Source: Balanoglossus misakiensis
Lineage: Eukaryota > Animalia > Hemichordata
Length of the DNA stretch: 64,000 nucleotides
NCBI GenBank assembly: GCA_040954595.2
Contig: CM082576.2
Span: forward strand, 16,725,028 to 16,789,027
Reading direction: 5' to 3'
A program made the position numbers and the translations under genes. Shown piece after piece: positions 1 to 15,000 of this stretch (positions are counted from its first letter, which is position 1; each line of letters begins with the position of its first letter). The notes below the pieces were generated by a model that ran no database searches, had not been told where the DNA came from, and saw only the letters and a list, made by a program, of their open reading frames with translations.

Positions 1-80
1 CGTATGCCATAAAAATATTGCATCGATGATTAAACCCAGCAATTATAAAATTATCTCAATGTTCACATTATACTACTCAC

Positions 81-3000
81 CTTTAGGTAATTTTTGTGCC
101 ACGTATCTGGCAGCTGCCACAGACATCTTGCAGTTTTTGATATTCAGAAACAAGGACTTGAAGGTTTCCAGTGTTTTCAAATCAATACACTGGCTACTGT
201 TCCAACCTGTCTCAATGCTGCTTTCTCCATTGGTCAACTCTTGTTGTTCCCACTGTTTCAATACTTTGGTTATCTCATTGTCAACAGCCAGTGCATACAA
301 CTCATCATGTGATAACTATAATGGAATGTAAGACGAGAGATGCAACAAGGAGAAACATATTTATTCATGCATACTTTCTAACAAGAAAATATACTGTCTA
401 CAACACAAGTTTTTTCAGATAAAGTTATTAAGCCTTCGTTTGAATTATCACATTATAATGCAAATTCTACACATGGTACCAAGCAAATCAAAGTTTGTAA
501 TATTTAATGAACTTTTCTAATTAGTGCTATATTTCTTAAATTACTGTACCAAATTTGATGAACTTTGCAACAAATATTGATCTGACAGAGACCTAGCTGT
601 GTTATGAGACATGTAGCAGTGCCATGTAAATTAGTGGCTAATTTTCACATTTAAAGGCACGTAAGCTGCAACTGGATAAAAAATCAATGTTTTAAATAAT
701 CTCATATATGCTTTTAATTATATCTATTAAATGCTATTTAGAGAATAATGAGCGCCCCAAAGACCCATAATGGACGAAAGCACACATTGTGCGTCATAAT
801 ATACGAGGCGAAGCCGAGTATATTATGGAGCACAATGTGTGCTTGAGTCCATTATGGGTCTTTGGGGCGTTCATTATTCTCATTATTTTATAGTTTTGTC
901 AATGCCAGTGAATTTGCAGACTTCAAAACGTATAGGTGCGAACAATTCAGACTCGGACACGGAGATCGAGAACAGAGCAATGGCGTACGCGTAAACAAAA
1001 GGTCACCTGATCGTGGTGTGTCAGTGTACTGTACATTTCTAGTATCATATTCAAACATCAGGAAATAAATAATGAAGGTTTATTTACGCATGTGAAAATT
1101 CATTTAAGGGTTCTGCTGAAATATATCTGAAAAAGTTTCGATTTTTGTGTAATCTTGGGGAGGACTCGGGGAATATTTGAATTCGTTTGCGTTCTCAGGG
1201 CGTTCGGAAGGTTGCAATACATAAACAAACTCGCCCTCGATCGACCCTCCGTACCGCGTAGACAACATGACAGTGACACTTGCGGCATATTTTTTTCTTC
1301 GTTGACATGACTGCTTGGTACATGGTATGGTGAACGAATGTCAAATCCAGCGTCATGGAGAGGTTTGCTTTACGTGCGTGAGCGAGCCATGTTGACTGCG
1401 CGTGATTCAAGAGCAGACGACATGTACTGCAGCCGTAGGAAGAAAAAATAAACAAAACGCCAGCCGAGGACAGATTTGGAAATTAATAAATATCGCCGTA
1501 TTTATTCTGTGTACGTTTGCGTTTCTTTTTTTAGCCCTTAAAATGTTCGCATTGTTTGAAATCCTCCGTTATTCAGTCGGAAATTGTACACGTCCACTGG
1601 TTCTTGGGTGCGTCGCGCGTCCATCGAATAACACGATACATTATCAGTAATAATGTACAGCTATGACGTCACAAAATTCACTGGTATTGATAAAGCTATA
1701 ATATAATTCATGATAATAGATCAAGCTCAACACTTATTTATGACAAAATGGCCAAAAATTAAAGAAAAACGAAAATTCCTGAAATTTTTTAAAAAGTGCA
1801 ATATTGCAATGAAAAATGAAAATCTGATGTCTCAGTGGTGTACATTTACTTCCATGAGCTCAAGTGGATGAGATCATGTTTTGTTTATGAAGTTTCACAA
1901 CCGGAAATGTGACATTTTCATTGTTTCTTTCATTTTCCCACGGTGGCAGCCATAATCGCTTGCGGCAAAGCTTTATTATTTATCTGGTTAAATCTTGCAT
2001 ATGCACTCATATTTAGGGTTTATAATGCTTGTGTATAGTTCACTGCCTTCATCTGCATGGACTAATGGTAGTGCAGTGTGAAACAAAAATTATGAAAATT
2101 ATCCCAAAAGTTACAGCTTACGTGACTTTAACGACTTTGTGCAATTAGCTTCATAAATCCAGGGATAATGCACCACATCTGATGAAACTTGCCAGAGATA
2201 TTGTTTTTACATTTATTAAACTGTATTTACTGTAGTCATAGAGTTTTTAATCAATAGACTGCTCAAGTCTGTTATAAGGGTTTACATCGATTTACCTAGG
2301 TTACACATGCACGTACCTTGAGCACTTCAGCAATGGGCAGAAGCTTGAACACTGTATCAGCCGTCACTTCTTGGGCTGGAAACCAAAGAAACAAAAATAT
2401 CAACTTACATTTATGAGAACCAGTCCTATTCCAAATCCAAGTACATCAACACACACATACAAACAATCAAACACACAGTAATGAGCATACTGTAAAACAC
2501 TTTATTTTCGCAAGTTGAAATTTTCGCAATATCAAGAGAGGCCACTGTTTCGCGAGTAGGACCCTATTAATTTTCGTGTTGTCTTAGGCCTATTTCATTC
2601 ACTGCATCGTTATCTTAAAAAAAATTACGCGACTTATTATTTTCACGCTATTATGGCTCTCGTGTATTTTGCGAAAATTTATTGCTCGTGGAAATAAAGT
2701 TTTTACAGTATAAATGTTCAGAATATCTCAGCAGAAGATAGCCATAGTGACAGTGCTGTTCACTAGCAGTTCTACCACCAGAGGACAGAAAATCTACATG
2801 AATTGTTTTAGGATATTGACAAATCCTGCCATGTAGAACCTCAGAAACATTTTGCTCAAGCTGCTATTTTCCCCCTTCAGCTTTAACACTTCAGAACAAA
2901 AATGAACCATATCAAACATACACACTTACTGAGGATTTTCCATGGATATCCATAAATTAATGGATGAAAAGGCAGTCTGGTGTTAGACATCTCTGGTAAT

Positions 3001-6000
3001 GGCTCAGTATCATTCAGAAGCTGTGGATGAGTGAAACATACAGAAAATACATGATTTCAGCCTTCAGCATGTTTCTCAGTATCATTATTGGAATTTTTTC
3101 ACTAATTCTCACTAATAGTTTTTGCTACCAAGGTGATTGATAAATGGTGTAACAAAATTTCAAGATGGCAGATTTCTACCATGATTAAAGTTCCATTAAA
3201 TGTAACTTTTGACTAGAATTTTTCCCTCACTGTTTATTCCTGGGAATGCATGAATTGTGTACCTGCTCGTCTTCAGTCTTGTATCTGAACAAGAATTCAT
3301 ACTGTGATGGTTTGTTTCTTCTGGTGTACATGGATAAATAGGAAAGCAGCTTTTGACCCTACAAGAGAACACAAACACACGACACATGGTTGACAAGTTG
3401 AAAGAAAAGAGAAAATCTTCTACTGTCCAATTTATCTACGTTCTCACCACCAGGGTTTGGACCAACCCCAATATTTGCAATACCAATGCTGGACCTCTCT
3501 ATAGGGAAAGGGGAGACAGCAACCTGACTTCAATAGAAATGACCTCTTAAGGATGTACGTTCAGTAAAATTGAAAGTATTGTAATTTTTTTTTAATTGTG
3601 GATTTTTGGATTCTCCTTTGTATGTATAATGAAAATCCGTAATAAAATATAGGGGTCCACCGCGCTTGTTTTTGAAAAACAGAGCCATGAATTTAGTCGA
3701 TAATAGAAGAAAACTGCTGACTCAGCATTTTTTACCAATGGTTTGTCTATGGGCAAAATTTTTAACGCAAGTTATCTCAAAATAGGGCGAGGTGACCCCT
3801 ATATTTTATTTGACCAATGACTTTATATTTACTGGACTGAGCTTTGTGTGAAATTTCGTGAAAATGACAATAGTAGAAGTTTGTTTTCTAGCGATTATCA
3901 ATGTAATCCTATTCCTATTGGAAAAAGACGAGTGTGCGCAGTTTTCCGGTTTATGTTCTGCGCTTACATCTTTAAGTGTTTTTTGTGTGAGTTATATTTT
4001 GTACAAAACTGACTGTAGTGCAATGGTGTTTATAAACTTACCATTTGTAATGTCTGCTTTTCTTCTTCTTGAAGATTGCAATAAGACTTGATCTGACACA
4101 GGACAAATTCAATTCTTTTGTAGTCATAGAAATTGATCTGAAAGCAAGAGTAAGAACGCTTGAATTGGATTCTTTAGACAAAAACATGTTCTGTAAATTA
4201 ACTTTGCTCATTATTGTCACATTAAATCTCTCAAACTGTAATTGAAATTTGCTGACTGCTTGCAAAACATTTCCAAATGTACAGTTATGTCTAGTAATTG
4301 CAATAAACCCCAAAATATTTTGAATAATTCTTATGGAAACAGAATAAGAATTTCGTTCTTGTAAATAACCGTCACCTCCGAAGCAGAAGAATAAAATTCG
4401 GTCTAAACGTTTAAAAAAAGACAAACTTTGTATCATAGTATGACACTGACAGCCTGATATCTCAAAACGTTAACACAAAACATTGGTTTTTGGAAGGTTA
4501 TTAAAACAGCCAGTCACACGACAGTTGTGTAAACAATGGTCACAACAAGGAACCAAAACGTTTCCCTATATCCAAGCTTTCAGAAAATATACACTTTTTT
4601 TTTTGGGGGGGGGGGGGATTCTGAGCTCAATAATTCCCAGTACATTGTATAAATCTATACTTCAAAGAGTGAATTTCTTAGTCTGCATCCTTAACTTCGC
4701 TTTCTTTAACTTCCTGTAATATCAATAACATCAACCTTTATTACCTTGTCCAATATTCTGTGTAACTGAACCTTCACAGCATCTTTGTTTTTGATTTCCT
4801 CCAGAACACAATTCACAGCTAACATATCAATGGGAAGTGATTCAGCTGTACCAGAGCTATTCTGCATTTGGTCTTCTGGTGGTGACAGTAACATCTCCAG
4901 GTAAAGTAACAAGCCATCTTCAACAGTCAACTGAAAGTCTCTGCAGGTACGGTAGACACAAGAGGGGGCAGATATGACCTTGTCCAATATTGTCTGTGAG
5001 CATGGAATGCTGCAATAATCTTTACCAATAATTCCCCCCCCCCCAATTCCAATAACAGTCGTCTATTTGGAGCACAACATTATTCTACGATATCAAACGA
5101 CGTCAGACGCGCTCAGGCGGCAGTTACGTTCGCATTCAAATTTCCAGATGACGGGCAACTTCAGCAACGTGGACTTACGTCGTGCAGACAAAGACTGTGC
5201 AGACGAAATGCAATGAGGCTGATAAGGCACCATACCTGACACATGTTACGTGTCTGAGGGTTCTAAAGTAAAAACATACTCGGAAAAACTGTTACTGGAT
5301 GTCGAAATATTGCTTGCCCGTCATCTGGAAATGACAACGCCATGGGTCATATTGCCAGATCAAGTGATTGATAGTAAAGAGTTGTTGACATATTATCACA
5401 GAATTACTGCATCAAATTTGATGAAACCTACCACAGATACCAATCATAAAATGCTATGATGTCCCGCACCAATAACCACAGCAAGCAAGTGCTAAATCCA
5501 CACCATTGTTGGTACTGAATAATTGGAACATTCTACGTTTGGCTCAACATATGCCAAATCATTTGCATATACTTTTTTACAATTTTATTCAGTTTTTGAC
5601 TGCTTTGATTACATTTTCTCAAAATTTACCATGAAATGACATCATATGAAAATGTAATGACCAAAGATGCAAAATAATAGGATTATACACCAATTATGGT
5701 CATGGTTCCAATATGCTAGGTATTGCACTTGAATTCTCTATGAATAGGGCACTCACCATTCAAACTGTATGATGTGAATAACCCATTGGGAATACCCCTA
5801 TTGTACAAGATGAATAGTCCAAGAACTTACTCAAATACAATACATTTATATACTAACCTACAGTAATCTTTGAAGAGCTGTACATCCTTTGTATGATGCT
5901 CTACCATCTTAGTTAGAACATTTTGATAATTTGCAACCTGTTGGCTGTTAAATGCATCTTTAAATGAAATCTGCATAAAAAAAAAGATTAAAGGTTTATA

Positions 6001-9000
6001 TAAAATTATTATGAACTATCTTGGTTCAGTCACTTCACCTCAAAAACCTACTTGGCACGTCCGAACCAACTGGGTACTGAACTGACATGGTATTGAAACC
6101 TCAATCGCTGCCACTTGTAGCATATTTCAAAGTTCTCCTTATCCTAAGTCAACATACAGTTTTAAATTTGTAAAGATCCTAATACCCACATGTGCATACA
6201 ACGATATATTATCAGTTCCTCGAGTGATTTATCTGGGAATTCAGAAATCTGTGTTGGACACTCTGTCCATTGTCAGGCTAAGAGTCCTTTCTCACATGTT
6301 GGAGTAATGGACAGATCTGCTTTTCACTTTTGTATTGCACTTATATGGAAATACTAATATCTCTATCTGCTACGGAGCTTTTACGCTAGACTTTCTGGTA
6401 ACATACAGAAATTTTACCCTATGCATGAGGGGTATAGGCAGTGATAGCTGTAATTCCCACCAAAGACACACTACTATTATTTCATTGAAAAAAAAATATT
6501 TGCACAGAACTTTCCAACTCCAAGTCATCATAGATGAGATATTTCGAAGTAAAATGTGTTAATTTTACACATGATCATAGCTCACACTTACCTGGTTTAG
6601 TTTTTGTCCCCATTCAGCCTTAGTACAGAGCTGCGTAAAGTCGGTGAAAACTTTCTTATCCTGGTAACAACTTGCCAGAGCCTTGCCAACTTTGCTGATA
6701 CCCTAGACACACCAAAACAGTCACTGTGTTATTAAATGCTGTCACTTTTATTCTTGTCTTGCTATATACAGAATTCATCAATCATAGATTCTTGGGTTTC
6801 ACTCAATGTTAATAATTTTATGTACTTGTCATCAAAAGTAACTTATGGAATGGAACTTGACAAACAAATTCACAATATCAGAAGATTTTTAAGTTTACAT
6901 ATACATTCATGTTGCTGTAATCCCTTCAAGTAGACCCATCTCGAAAAAAGCAATCCTATAAATCTTTTTTGTAAAAGTCAACTGTTAGATTTTTCAAAAA
7001 ATTTGCCATGATACTATGTTATTCTAATAAAATCAAAAACTCATGAAAAGAAAAAGGTGGCATACCAGTACTTACAATAACTTTACCACATGTAGGTCCT
7101 GATGATGTGACTATATGTTGCAATTTCTCAACTGCAGTTTCATACGGCAAAATTTGTGCACAAGCCAATGCTAATTCCACATCAAACACTTTACTACCCA
7201 GTATCTGTGAAGAGTAGTGTACACATACATGTAGTAAAAGCTGAGTGATAATTACTTTTGCATGAGTGGTCAGTGGCTGGACAACTAATGGCTGACTATG
7301 GCTAGGCATACATATACTTCATTAGTGATGTGGTTCGATAGAAGTGATGCACACTTGTTTTTGTTTTATTATCAAACGAAAATCAAACTCGGATATACTA
7401 TAATGGCGATGCAACATGTAGTAAGTGACTCTTGGCAATGTGTGAGTTGTTGTCTTGTCACATCAAGAGACTGGCACTTGCTGGTTGATGTGAAAATGTT
7501 AGTTGAGTTGCAGTGAAACAGGTCATACTGACAGATCAGCCAATCACAGCGGCTGATCCAATCCTGACAGCGGCCATTTTGTTTTTACAAATCGTTCTTT
7601 AGTATTTCCCCAGACCCTTTTCTGGAGCGCAGCGGAAAAAGCAAAGGGGTCTGGGTAACCAAGACTAACTGTCTGTTACATTTAGAGGAATCTCTATAAT
7701 TCCAACAGACATGGAAAGCATGATTGTTTTGGTATTATAATAATTACTGCACAGGATCCATGTGTGATATTGTTGATCACTTGCAGATTCAGAGACAGCA
7801 GGAAAAATGTGACAACGATCTTGTCATCCAGGAAATCAAGAAGACAATGAATGCCTCACAGCCAGGTCCTTAACAGTGTACATGTATGTATTATTGCACA
7901 CAAATCTCTGTGTGGATCATCCAAACAGAGGACCTACTTCTTACCTTTTAGGTGTATGTAGATTTAGGAATATTCCCATTGTTCAATATTAGAAACAAAG
8001 CACTTTACACCCAACTTTCACCTCTTTATTATGCCTTGATATCACTTATTACAAACAGTGCTAATTTTGGTAATATTTTGTTTAATTTAAGAGATACATT
8101 GTATTTATCCAGTAGTTCATGACACCTGATGAATAAATGAAGCGCGGCTTCAAAGAATACTTTTGAATGAGCTTACCTTATAGAGGAGCTTCAGAGAATA
8201 CTGTTGGATGATATCATTACCATATGTAATGATTTGTTTCACTGCACTGTTCAACTCTTCAGTGTTCTTATCAGTCTGTCAGATTTGTAAATTAACGGAA
8301 AAAAATGCCAAATTACATAAACTCATTTTAAAGATCATTGCAAAGTTGGTAATTTATACTTTGTGATGTGAATAAAAAACCCTCCTCTAATTTCCTAGTA
8401 ACCTTCATTTCTCTTTTCACGTCTGGTTGTTGCTATTCAACCCGACATTAAAGCCTCTAGAGCTGCCGCTTTTTGCATGATTTTCATGATTTATATTTCC
8501 AACTCAGAGTGGTACATCAAAATAAGCTCACTGATAGGTATACATGAATATCTCATCGACGCCCTATTGTGGTTGAAAGTTGCAATTTGAACACGCTATA
8601 TATTAAACAGGTGCTGCACCCACTTAATCAGCCTCCATACAAACATTACACAACTAACGTTGACAAACTGATGCAAATACAAGTAATATGGCTTAATGGT
8701 GAGGATTTTAAAGGATATGGAATATATTTGAAGTGGAAAAAATATGTAAAATTTGGCAGCTCTAGAGGCTTTAAGACTGTGGGATTCATGTTATCATAAA
8801 GTTGGGTCTTCAACACCGGCAGAAATCTTAGTCGTTTCAGAACTGTCCTAATGTTGTGTGTCTGAACACGGCTAATGACAACTCATGTACCGGAAACTGT
8901 ATGCCAATTAATCACTGGATTTGTATAATACTTACCTGTTGTCCTGTATATCTACTGGCACTGAAAAGGACACAGATAGAGAGTGTGTGGAGTATATAAG

Positions 9001-12000
9001 ATAGAGTTAGACTATCGCTCCCTTGTAGCAGAATCGCAAGGTCTGTTGTATTCTGACCCAGACTGGTGAGTAAATGCACATGTTGATCTGTGTCTTCATT
9101 TTCTCCTGTAGGTAGTGGGTACAAGTAAGTACTTAGTTGGTGGTGGAAATTACAACAAAGTAAGTGAAGAGTGGAGAGGAGTATGTGGCAGAGAGTATGT
9201 GTTCATTTGTGGCAATTATAATGCTTGGTCTGAATCCAATGGTTAAGGGCAATAACGATAATGACCGTCTCACCAATTTGGTATTCTGGAAGCCCAACTA
9301 TGCTATCCTGTTGAAGTGGTTGTCTCTCATCAACACTATGGATTCTTGGGAAACAACACAGAGTAAACTGATTGGCCAGTGGCATGGCAACACTGCTATC
9401 TAGAACCAGTTTTTCCTCTTCATAGAAACTATGAAATGTCAATTCATTGAAGAGATTCTTGTCCAGAGACGAATGGCTATCAGTGACTGCACTCTGTTGA
9501 AAACAATAACATGGATACTCAATGTATACATCTGATAAGCAGTTTCACAGAAAACAATATTTTTTCAAGAATGGCAAAAACACAAATATGCAAATATCAC
9601 CATGATTGTACAACATCTTACTTCAATCACCACAAGGAATATGCCTACCTAAGCTCAAAGCAATCTGACAAGCGGTTTTAGAGAAAACATTTTTGACCAA
9701 AAATTGCAATTGCTCCAAAGTAATAAATATGCAATTGTTTCAACAATTTTAACAAGGTAACTTAAATCACCTAGAAGAAGCTTCATACAAAATTTCAAAG
9801 AAATCGGCCGACCACTTTCAGAGAGGAAGATTTTTTACCAAAAATGTGGGGAAAAAACCCAAAATATTCATAAAACTGGAAAATTGATAATATTAGCTCA
9901 AAACATACAGGACTATGCGTACTTTACACACACACGTACATACATAAGGTCCCAATGATATACACATATACTTAAGGATGTACGCGCAGAACATAAACCG
10001 GAAACACTGCGCGCCCGGTCTTTTTCCCATAGGATTACATTGATAATCGCTAGAAAACAAACTTCTACTATTGTCATTTTCACGAAATTTTACACATAGC
10101 TCAGTCCAGCAAATATAAATTCATTGGCCAAATAAAATATAGGGTTCACCGCGCTCTATTTTGAGATAAATTGCGTTAAAAATTTTGCCCATAGGCAAAC
10201 CATTGATGAAAAATGCTGAGTCAGCAGATTTCTTCTATTATCGACCAAATTCATAGCTCTGTATTTCATAAACAAGCGCGGTGACCCCTATATTTTATTA
10301 CGGATTTTCATTATACATACAAAGGAGAATCTAAAAATCCACAATTAAAAAAATGACAATACTTTCAATTTTACTGAACGTACATCCTTAAGTGGGATCT
10401 AATGAGAAAGAAAACACATGGAGATATTCCGCAACCTTTTGCTCTACATAATATCAGAAAAAAGTTATTAAGTGTTTCAACGTTTTGCTATCCATGTAGC
10501 CCGGAGACCAGGCGTCGATCTAGAATACAACGCCCGGGGACAGTCGAGAAATTTCCTGCTGAGCTGAAAGATAGTAGCCCTGGCAACGATCAGGGTCGCT
10601 TAGTAACGAATGGATAACGAGTGATCTATCAAATGTTGACGGGCGCCAGTGGTTGGATGATATAATTAACATAGCTTGGTTATGAATATTCATGCACCTT
10701 CAAAACCACTCCCACATCCCGTTGCGGGAATTTCACACATGACTCCACCTCTATTTCCTTATTTAGAATGCGATGATGTCATTTGGTTTACATTGAGTGA
10801 CCAATTAGCTTACACACAAGATTTACCACCTGTGTCGTTCTACGAACAGAATTCTGTTTGTAAATAGAGACTGTCCCCGGGCGTTTCTTTTCCCCTACGC
10901 CCTGGTCTCCGGGCTACTATCCATGGTGCATGATATAAGGCACATATAATCACACACATTCCTGGACCACTGGTCCTAACAGACACTCTTAAAAAATCGC
11001 GTCAAGGACACGGTGGTCCCATTGAGTGATTACACAAGAAAAAGTCTACACCGGAGTAAATGGCCATATACAGACAGACAGACACACACACACACACACA
11101 TAGCGAGAGATCAATGGGCAAACACTGACTGACCCATAAGCTGCCAATGGCATATGTACTATACATACACTAAATAGAACAGCTGGCCTCTTTAAAACTT
11201 AGCCAGTTATGTAATCATTCAGGAATTTGCTGTGTTTATATGAATTTATATGAATAAAGTAAATACACACCACTTTGCAAAGCAATCTGACCAGTAGTTC
11301 TTGAGTAACTGAGTTTTGCCCAAATTCACATTTTTCCAGCTAATTTGCGTATTTGCCTGGCAACTTCGTTTGAACAAACTCCCATCTACAGCCCTGCCTG
11401 CACCTACACACCAAATATTGAGGTGATGCGCACAGCGGTTTTCAAGTTTTTGATGTGGACGGATATACAGACATCCATCCATCCATCCATCCATCCATCC
11501 ATACATACATACATACATCCATACATACATACATACAAACGCAACCCATCCCATAAGGTCCCATGGTATACAGTCAAACCTCGGTATAACGAAAACCATG
11601 GGACCTCAATAAACTCTTTGTTGTATCCGTATTTCGCAATAACCGCAGTCGGTTGGGGGCGCTTTCCAATGACAAAATGACGTCCTAAATTTTACCTGTA
11701 CAAGCATACGTAAACACATCGCACGTTCAGCACCACACTTCGTTGGACACACTCATACAAGAATGACATGAAAAAAAGTCTTGCACTGCGAATACTACAT
11801 TGTAAATGTATTTTATTCTTTTCTGCTGATATTACCTTTGCATTATTGTAAATACATGAATCAAACTACATGTACACGTACAAATGTACATGAATTGTAC
11901 ATCGAAATAAACTCCATTAAAAATACAAACACATTCTTTGAAATAAAAACTTGCAAAGGCTTTAAGAGTTCAGTGTTCGCTAATCATCGGAGAAAGTCTG

Positions 12001-15000
12001 TAATCTTGGTTTGGCGGCGACTGGAACAAATGGCCGTCAACATAAAATCTTTGATATTTGAAAGTTCGGCAAACACTGATGGCTGAACATTCGCACGAGA
12101 CTGCATGTAACTTCGAATTTTCAATAAACACTGCATAGCTTCAGATGTTGATGGAACCGTATCGTTCTTTGATGCAACTGGGTCGATGTTTTCACTGTCG
12201 CGATCGCCTTCTTCAACATCGCTGTCTTCGTCTTTATGCAACACGGAAGATACAATGTCCTCATCTGATGGGGTTTCCCACGTCGTAGTGTTATCACCGG
12301 CTGCAACAAAGTCCGCAAATGAGTCCGGCAAATCTAAGTGGCGCGAGAGGCTTTCCCACAGGCAGCCAACCTCCTCGTTTTGAACTTCGGGGCTTTCATC
12401 GCTCGAACTTGCTGTTGTCGTGTCTCGATGAACAAATTCAGCTTTCCGGAAGCAGTTCGCGATAGTAGTGTCCATAACCTTCTGTCATGATGAATGAATC
12501 ATGTCAATGGCTTCCTTCACGTTGATTGCTGGAAGGTTTTCCCCTGTATCAACAGACACCAGCGTTTGCTGTACAACCCGCTTTCGGTAGTAGCTCTTGA
12601 AATTTCTGGTAACACCCTGATCCATCGGCTGCAACTTTGATGTGGTGTTTGGCGGTAGAAAGACGAGCTTGGTGGACTTGAGGTTTTTCACGGCTGGGTG
12701 GGCGGGGCAGTTATCTACGAACATGAGAACTTTTCTTTTCTGGCGGGTAAATTTTCGATCTTCTTTATGCAGCCACTCTGTGAAAAGATCACTGACCATC
12801 CACGCTCTTCGGTTTGCTTTGTAGTCGACAGGGAGGTAGTTAATGTTCTTAAAACATCTCGGATTCTTAGATTTCCCGATGACGAGCGGGGTTAGTTTTT
12901 CCGACCCATCCATGTTTGCACACAGCATCACGGTGATCCGTTCTTTACTTTTCTTACCTCCCGAACACGTTTCATTCTTGAATGACATCGTCTTGTCTGG
13001 CATCAGTCTATAAAAAAGGCCGGTTTCATCCGCATTGAAAATGTCTTTGGGGGCATATTCTTCGATGAGTTGAGGTAGGGTAGTTTTTACCCAATCGTTC
13101 ACCATATCGTCGCTGACAGCCGCAGCTTCACCACACACGGACTTGAAAGTTATACCGTGGCGGGCCTTAAACCGCTCCAGCCAACCGTTGCTGGCCTTGA
13201 AGTCTGGATGGTGCAGCTTCTTCGCCAACTCGTCGGCTTTGGCTTGAAGGACAGGGCCGCTGACCAGAATGTTCAGGGATCTTGCACTGGAAATCCATTT
13301 CAAAAGAGCTTGTTTGACATCTTCGATGGCTGAGAAATGGAATCGTTTTCAACCAGGCTCAATCTTGTTATGCTCGTACATCTTCAGTACCGTGGATTTG
13401 TTTTTCAAAATCGTGGAGAGGGTGCTGGGCTTAACATCAAATTGACGACAGACATCCCCGTGATGCAAGCCAAACTCGATTGCCTTGATCATTTGGACTT
13501 TGCAGTCCAACGTAAGGGCACGACGACGCTTAGAACCAGTTGTTGACATCGTGAACGTGAATTACGAACTGAAGTTGCCTTCAAAATTCAACCAGCTTTT
13601 ATTCAAAATTTTAGCGCCCCTATTTGTCACATTTATTTATGAGTGATTGAGTTGATAAAACATCGTGTGATCAAAGCCCGTCGCTATTGTTCTCAAGACA
13701 AATCAGTTCGTTTTAAGCAGACTTTCGCTGTAATTGACTTCGTTGTAAAGCATGTCATTTATGTACAAACGAATAGAGATAAGACGGGACCATTGTAACC
13801 TTTTCGCTGTAAGCGGATTTTCGTTGTAAGCGTTTTCGTTATACCGAGGTTCGACTGTATATACCTATACAAATGGGACCTAAAAATGAAGACAGTTTAA
13901 TAAAAGTAGTCATACATTTTTACAAACGCACCTGAAACATTGTTCTGTATTCTTCAGTTTCACACTGCTGGTATACCTGATCAGCAAGCCTGCTGCACTT
14001 ACAAAGTTCAAGACAATCGTGTAATAAATCTGCAGAAAGACATAAAATAAAGGATCTTTTTCAAGAAAAATAATAATATGCAAAATTGAAATAGGTTGGA
14101 GGTCAATACCAAAGAATACTAAATACTAAGCCAAGCTAGGACACTTTTCTTCATTACATTAATGTATTTTTAAATTTTGGAACTTATAGTTTTCGGTCAG
14201 CAAATGCTTGCCGGTAGTCAGTTTTGTTTTGCCAGCTAGTGCCTTTTTTCATACCTGAAGCAATTAATTTTGACCTATTTTGCAACTATATATATTAAAT
14301 GACATAATCTGTTGTCTTGTGTCCCTTACTGAAATCTTATATTAAAGCCCACATCACTTGTTGATATTCTAAATTTATTGAGATACTGTTGACACACATA
14401 AATACCTGGCCATGCAGGTTCACAGTGATCTGTGCATCATCATTGCAGCCAGTGTACATGCACTCAGGCCCTGTAAAGATTTGTGAAAATGTGCCAGATA
14501 ATATAGCAACCAATATTTACCTGGAGCGCAGACGATGACGGCTTGAGAAGCCAGATGATAAATCTCTTGAGTACACCACTGGTTGTGAATCCCCTTCTCT
14601 GCTTGCACTTTACAGAGTGTGTGTGCCACAGTGTAGAGAATTGCACCTGTTTTCTCATCAGCAATAGATTCATGCAGTTCCCTGTAAAAGAAGAAACAAA
14701 ACATCGTGTTTACAGTCAAAGTGCACAGTGAGGTTTAATTGTGCAAACTAAAAGTCAATCTATGGTAATTTTAATTTACAGAACAGAACATACCTACGTT
14801 CACAAATACAACATGGCTGCCCGCTTTTATGGTCAGAAATTGTGCAAAATCGTCATTGAGTGCATTTTCCAATGTGTCAATTAGGAAATTAGGAAAAACA
14901 AGAATCATTGCCACGGTTACTGTATAGTGTAGCAAAAATATGAACTTATTGAGATGCTTTTGGTTGAGGTGGGCGTATTAGATACGCAGAGAACAAAACG

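Noticed and set aside
12485-13351. Selenocysteine or readthrough reading of the transposase TGAs
   Set aside because: The positions correspond to Arg and Trp in pogo transposases, single transitions explain them, and no SECIS is evident.
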